DNA of 53,067 bases from Welwitschia mirabilis (taxonomy: Eukaryota): the NCBI GenBank assembly GCA_051453625.1, contig JBOZIK010000001.1:17012877-17065943 (forward strand), in the 5' to 3' direction. A program made the position numbers and the translations under genes. Every line of letters begins with the position of its first letter. Position 1 is the stretch's first letter. This document shows positions 51,051-53,067 of this stretch, one piece after another. The notes under the pieces are model-generated. The model did not search any database, was not told the DNA's origin, and saw only the letters and a list, made by a program, of their open reading frames with translations.

Positions 51051-53067
51051 TGTTGGGATGCAAATCATGTGACAAATATTTAATCCTTAGTACCTATAAA
51101 TATTTAATGAAATGAATACAAGAACACACTAGTATATGGGAGTAAACCTATTTTCAATACTCTAGAGAGTAATTATATAAGAGGAAATTAGAAGATTAAT
51201 TCAAATAAAAATGGAATAGAATTTAGATTTAATGTCAAAAATTAAAATGCAATGCAAGATAAAATGCAAGATGAATGTAAATGGAAAAATATAATGCAAT
51301 CTAAGTGCATAGTATAACCAATCAACTAACTTGTTGTCACTTAAGTTGACCCTTATAACCTATATCAACTTATAGCTACCTATTACTTAACTACACTAAC
51401 ATAAGATATAGAAAGATAAAAAGAGATTTTAAAAAAGAACAATTTAACAAATATTTTATTAATTAAAAAATTCCACATCTAGTTATAAAGTAACAGCTTC
51501 ATAATTAAGGAGACACAACCCAACATCAACGAAAGACATTCTTTGTAATGATTCCAAAGTAATAGCTTCTTAATGAAGAAGACATAATCAACATAAAAAA
51601 AAAATCCTTTTTCTGCAAGTCATAGGATAAATCCCTTACTCAATCACTTTGTAAATTTCATAAGAAAAATTAATATAAAAAGATTTAGAAATGGAAAACC
51701 TAATAGGGGTATTCATAATATTTGAAATGGTGACTTAAATTACTAAAGATTTGTAATAGATCAAAGGATATCATATTAATGATTACATAAATGATGTAGT
51801 TTTTTTGTGTTCTTCATGTCTTCTAAATGCCTTCATATCTTCTAGATGATCAAGAGAATGATATTTGATCTTTCATCTTCTTATGACTTTTTTTCTACCA
51901 TGTGCCTTATTAGTATGATGTCTTATTAATGTCTTTTGAAATGTTTTTTCAATGTGCCATTTTTTTACATAATGTCTTCTTGACATGTGTTTTTAAAATA
52001 CTTCATGATTACTACATTTTGATCTAAATTATTATTATTTATTTATCTTTGATATTTGTTATTAAAAGTAGTCCATATAAGTATCCAATCTACAAAAAGA
52101 ACCTAACAAAACACTCTAAATATGATGTTAAATATCACCAATTTGGCTCATTACATAGCCCCTACTAAGCATTTTTAGTCCCTAATAAAGCAAGTACCAA
52201 AAGAATAGAAGTGATTTGAATTGAAAGAAGGATAAAACATAACATTCAAGAATACTTTAATATTATAAGTATGATATGTATTTAATTAGAACTTTTAGTG
52301 TTTTAGATTTAGGAAAAACATATTTTTATTAAATAAATTCCTTCTAATTAAAGATAATATTTAGAGTATTCTAAGGATCTCTCCCCCACAAAGTGGATAA
52401 ATTTGCCCTAAAGTTTTAAGAAAATAACTTCTAATAATTAAAGAATAAAGTAGCAAGGGATGTAAAATAAGAAAAAATAGAAAAACACAATTAGAAAATG
52501 AAAAAAACATGGACATGAGATGGATGATTAAGGATCCATTGTGCATTAGAACTATAGAATTTCTAACGAAAAGGATAGAAAATGATAAATTTCTCATTAT
52601 TATTTTATGAAAAGGTAAGTAAATGACTTTTAGATAACTAATTTATAACTAATAAAAATAAAATTAAAAATGGACAACATGGAACAAGAAGAAGATTAAC
52701 TAGTTTGTTGTAAATTTTAACCTAGTAAGATTTCTTTAAGAAAATCATAAAACTACTTCATGTAAAGATGCATGATTCATTATAAAAATATCATAGTTTA
52801 TCATTCAATAAGATAGTAAAAAGACCAATATCCAAAGATTATTAAAAAATTATCAATTTATTTTTGGACTATAATTCTATCTATCTTTAGCTTTTAATAA
52901 CCATAATACCTTATTATAACATCATCTAATGATCAATATAATAAAAGTCCTCAAGATTTTATCTTGGGATAATGAAAATTAAGTGGAGTGTTGAGTGATA
53001 GGATTAAGAATATTAGGGGGAGGGGGGGATGAATAGGTTCTTAAAAATATAACACAGTATTCTGAAT
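51051..53067 (-). mobile_element. Element F: 3' end of another Athila-type element (3' UTR, PPT at 52156-52167, 3' LTR at 51051-52155)
   Basis: Minus strand reads AGTAGGGGCTA|TGTAATGAG...CCCAACA. The LTR shares the TACTCCCAT..ACTAGTGTGTT motif with the LTRs of B and C. Confidence 0.8.

Noticed and set aside
53014..53030. G-rich tract as a G-quadruplex or PPT
   Set aside because: Only two G-runs, wrong strand for F's PPT, and at the window edge with no LTR start visible.

Overview
Very AT-rich, CpG-poor eukaryotic (almost certainly land-plant) repeat DNA from a gapped draft assembly. I find no intact host gene, RNA gene or CRISPR array. The window reads as a stack of decayed, nested LTR retrotransposons, which I label A-F. 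E is an old minus-strand element with a tRNA-iMet PBS whose leader+PBS+LTR block is tandemly duplicated. Three Athila-type Ty3/gypsy elements insert into E: A (minus, 1-8211), B (plus, 16649-50201, with gag-AP-RT-RH-INT and an env-like 3' ORF) and F (minus, from 51051 out of the window). B carries a solo LTR (18449-20284, TSD CACAT) and, inside its RNase H, a minus-strand Tekay/Del-like chromovirus derivative D (24337-41695, TSD TAGAC). D in turn carries C, a gag+protease-only Athila derivative (28357-35932, TSD AAGAG). All reading frames are pseudogenised. The most intriguing observations are: about 5.5 kb of non-gag/pol cargo in D with several decayed same-strand frames and perfect palindromes; a recurrent ~45-bp nested-hairpin motif across the Athila-type copies; and CA/TG-to-TA biased erosion. 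Coordinates were read by eye, and identities are visual estimates.
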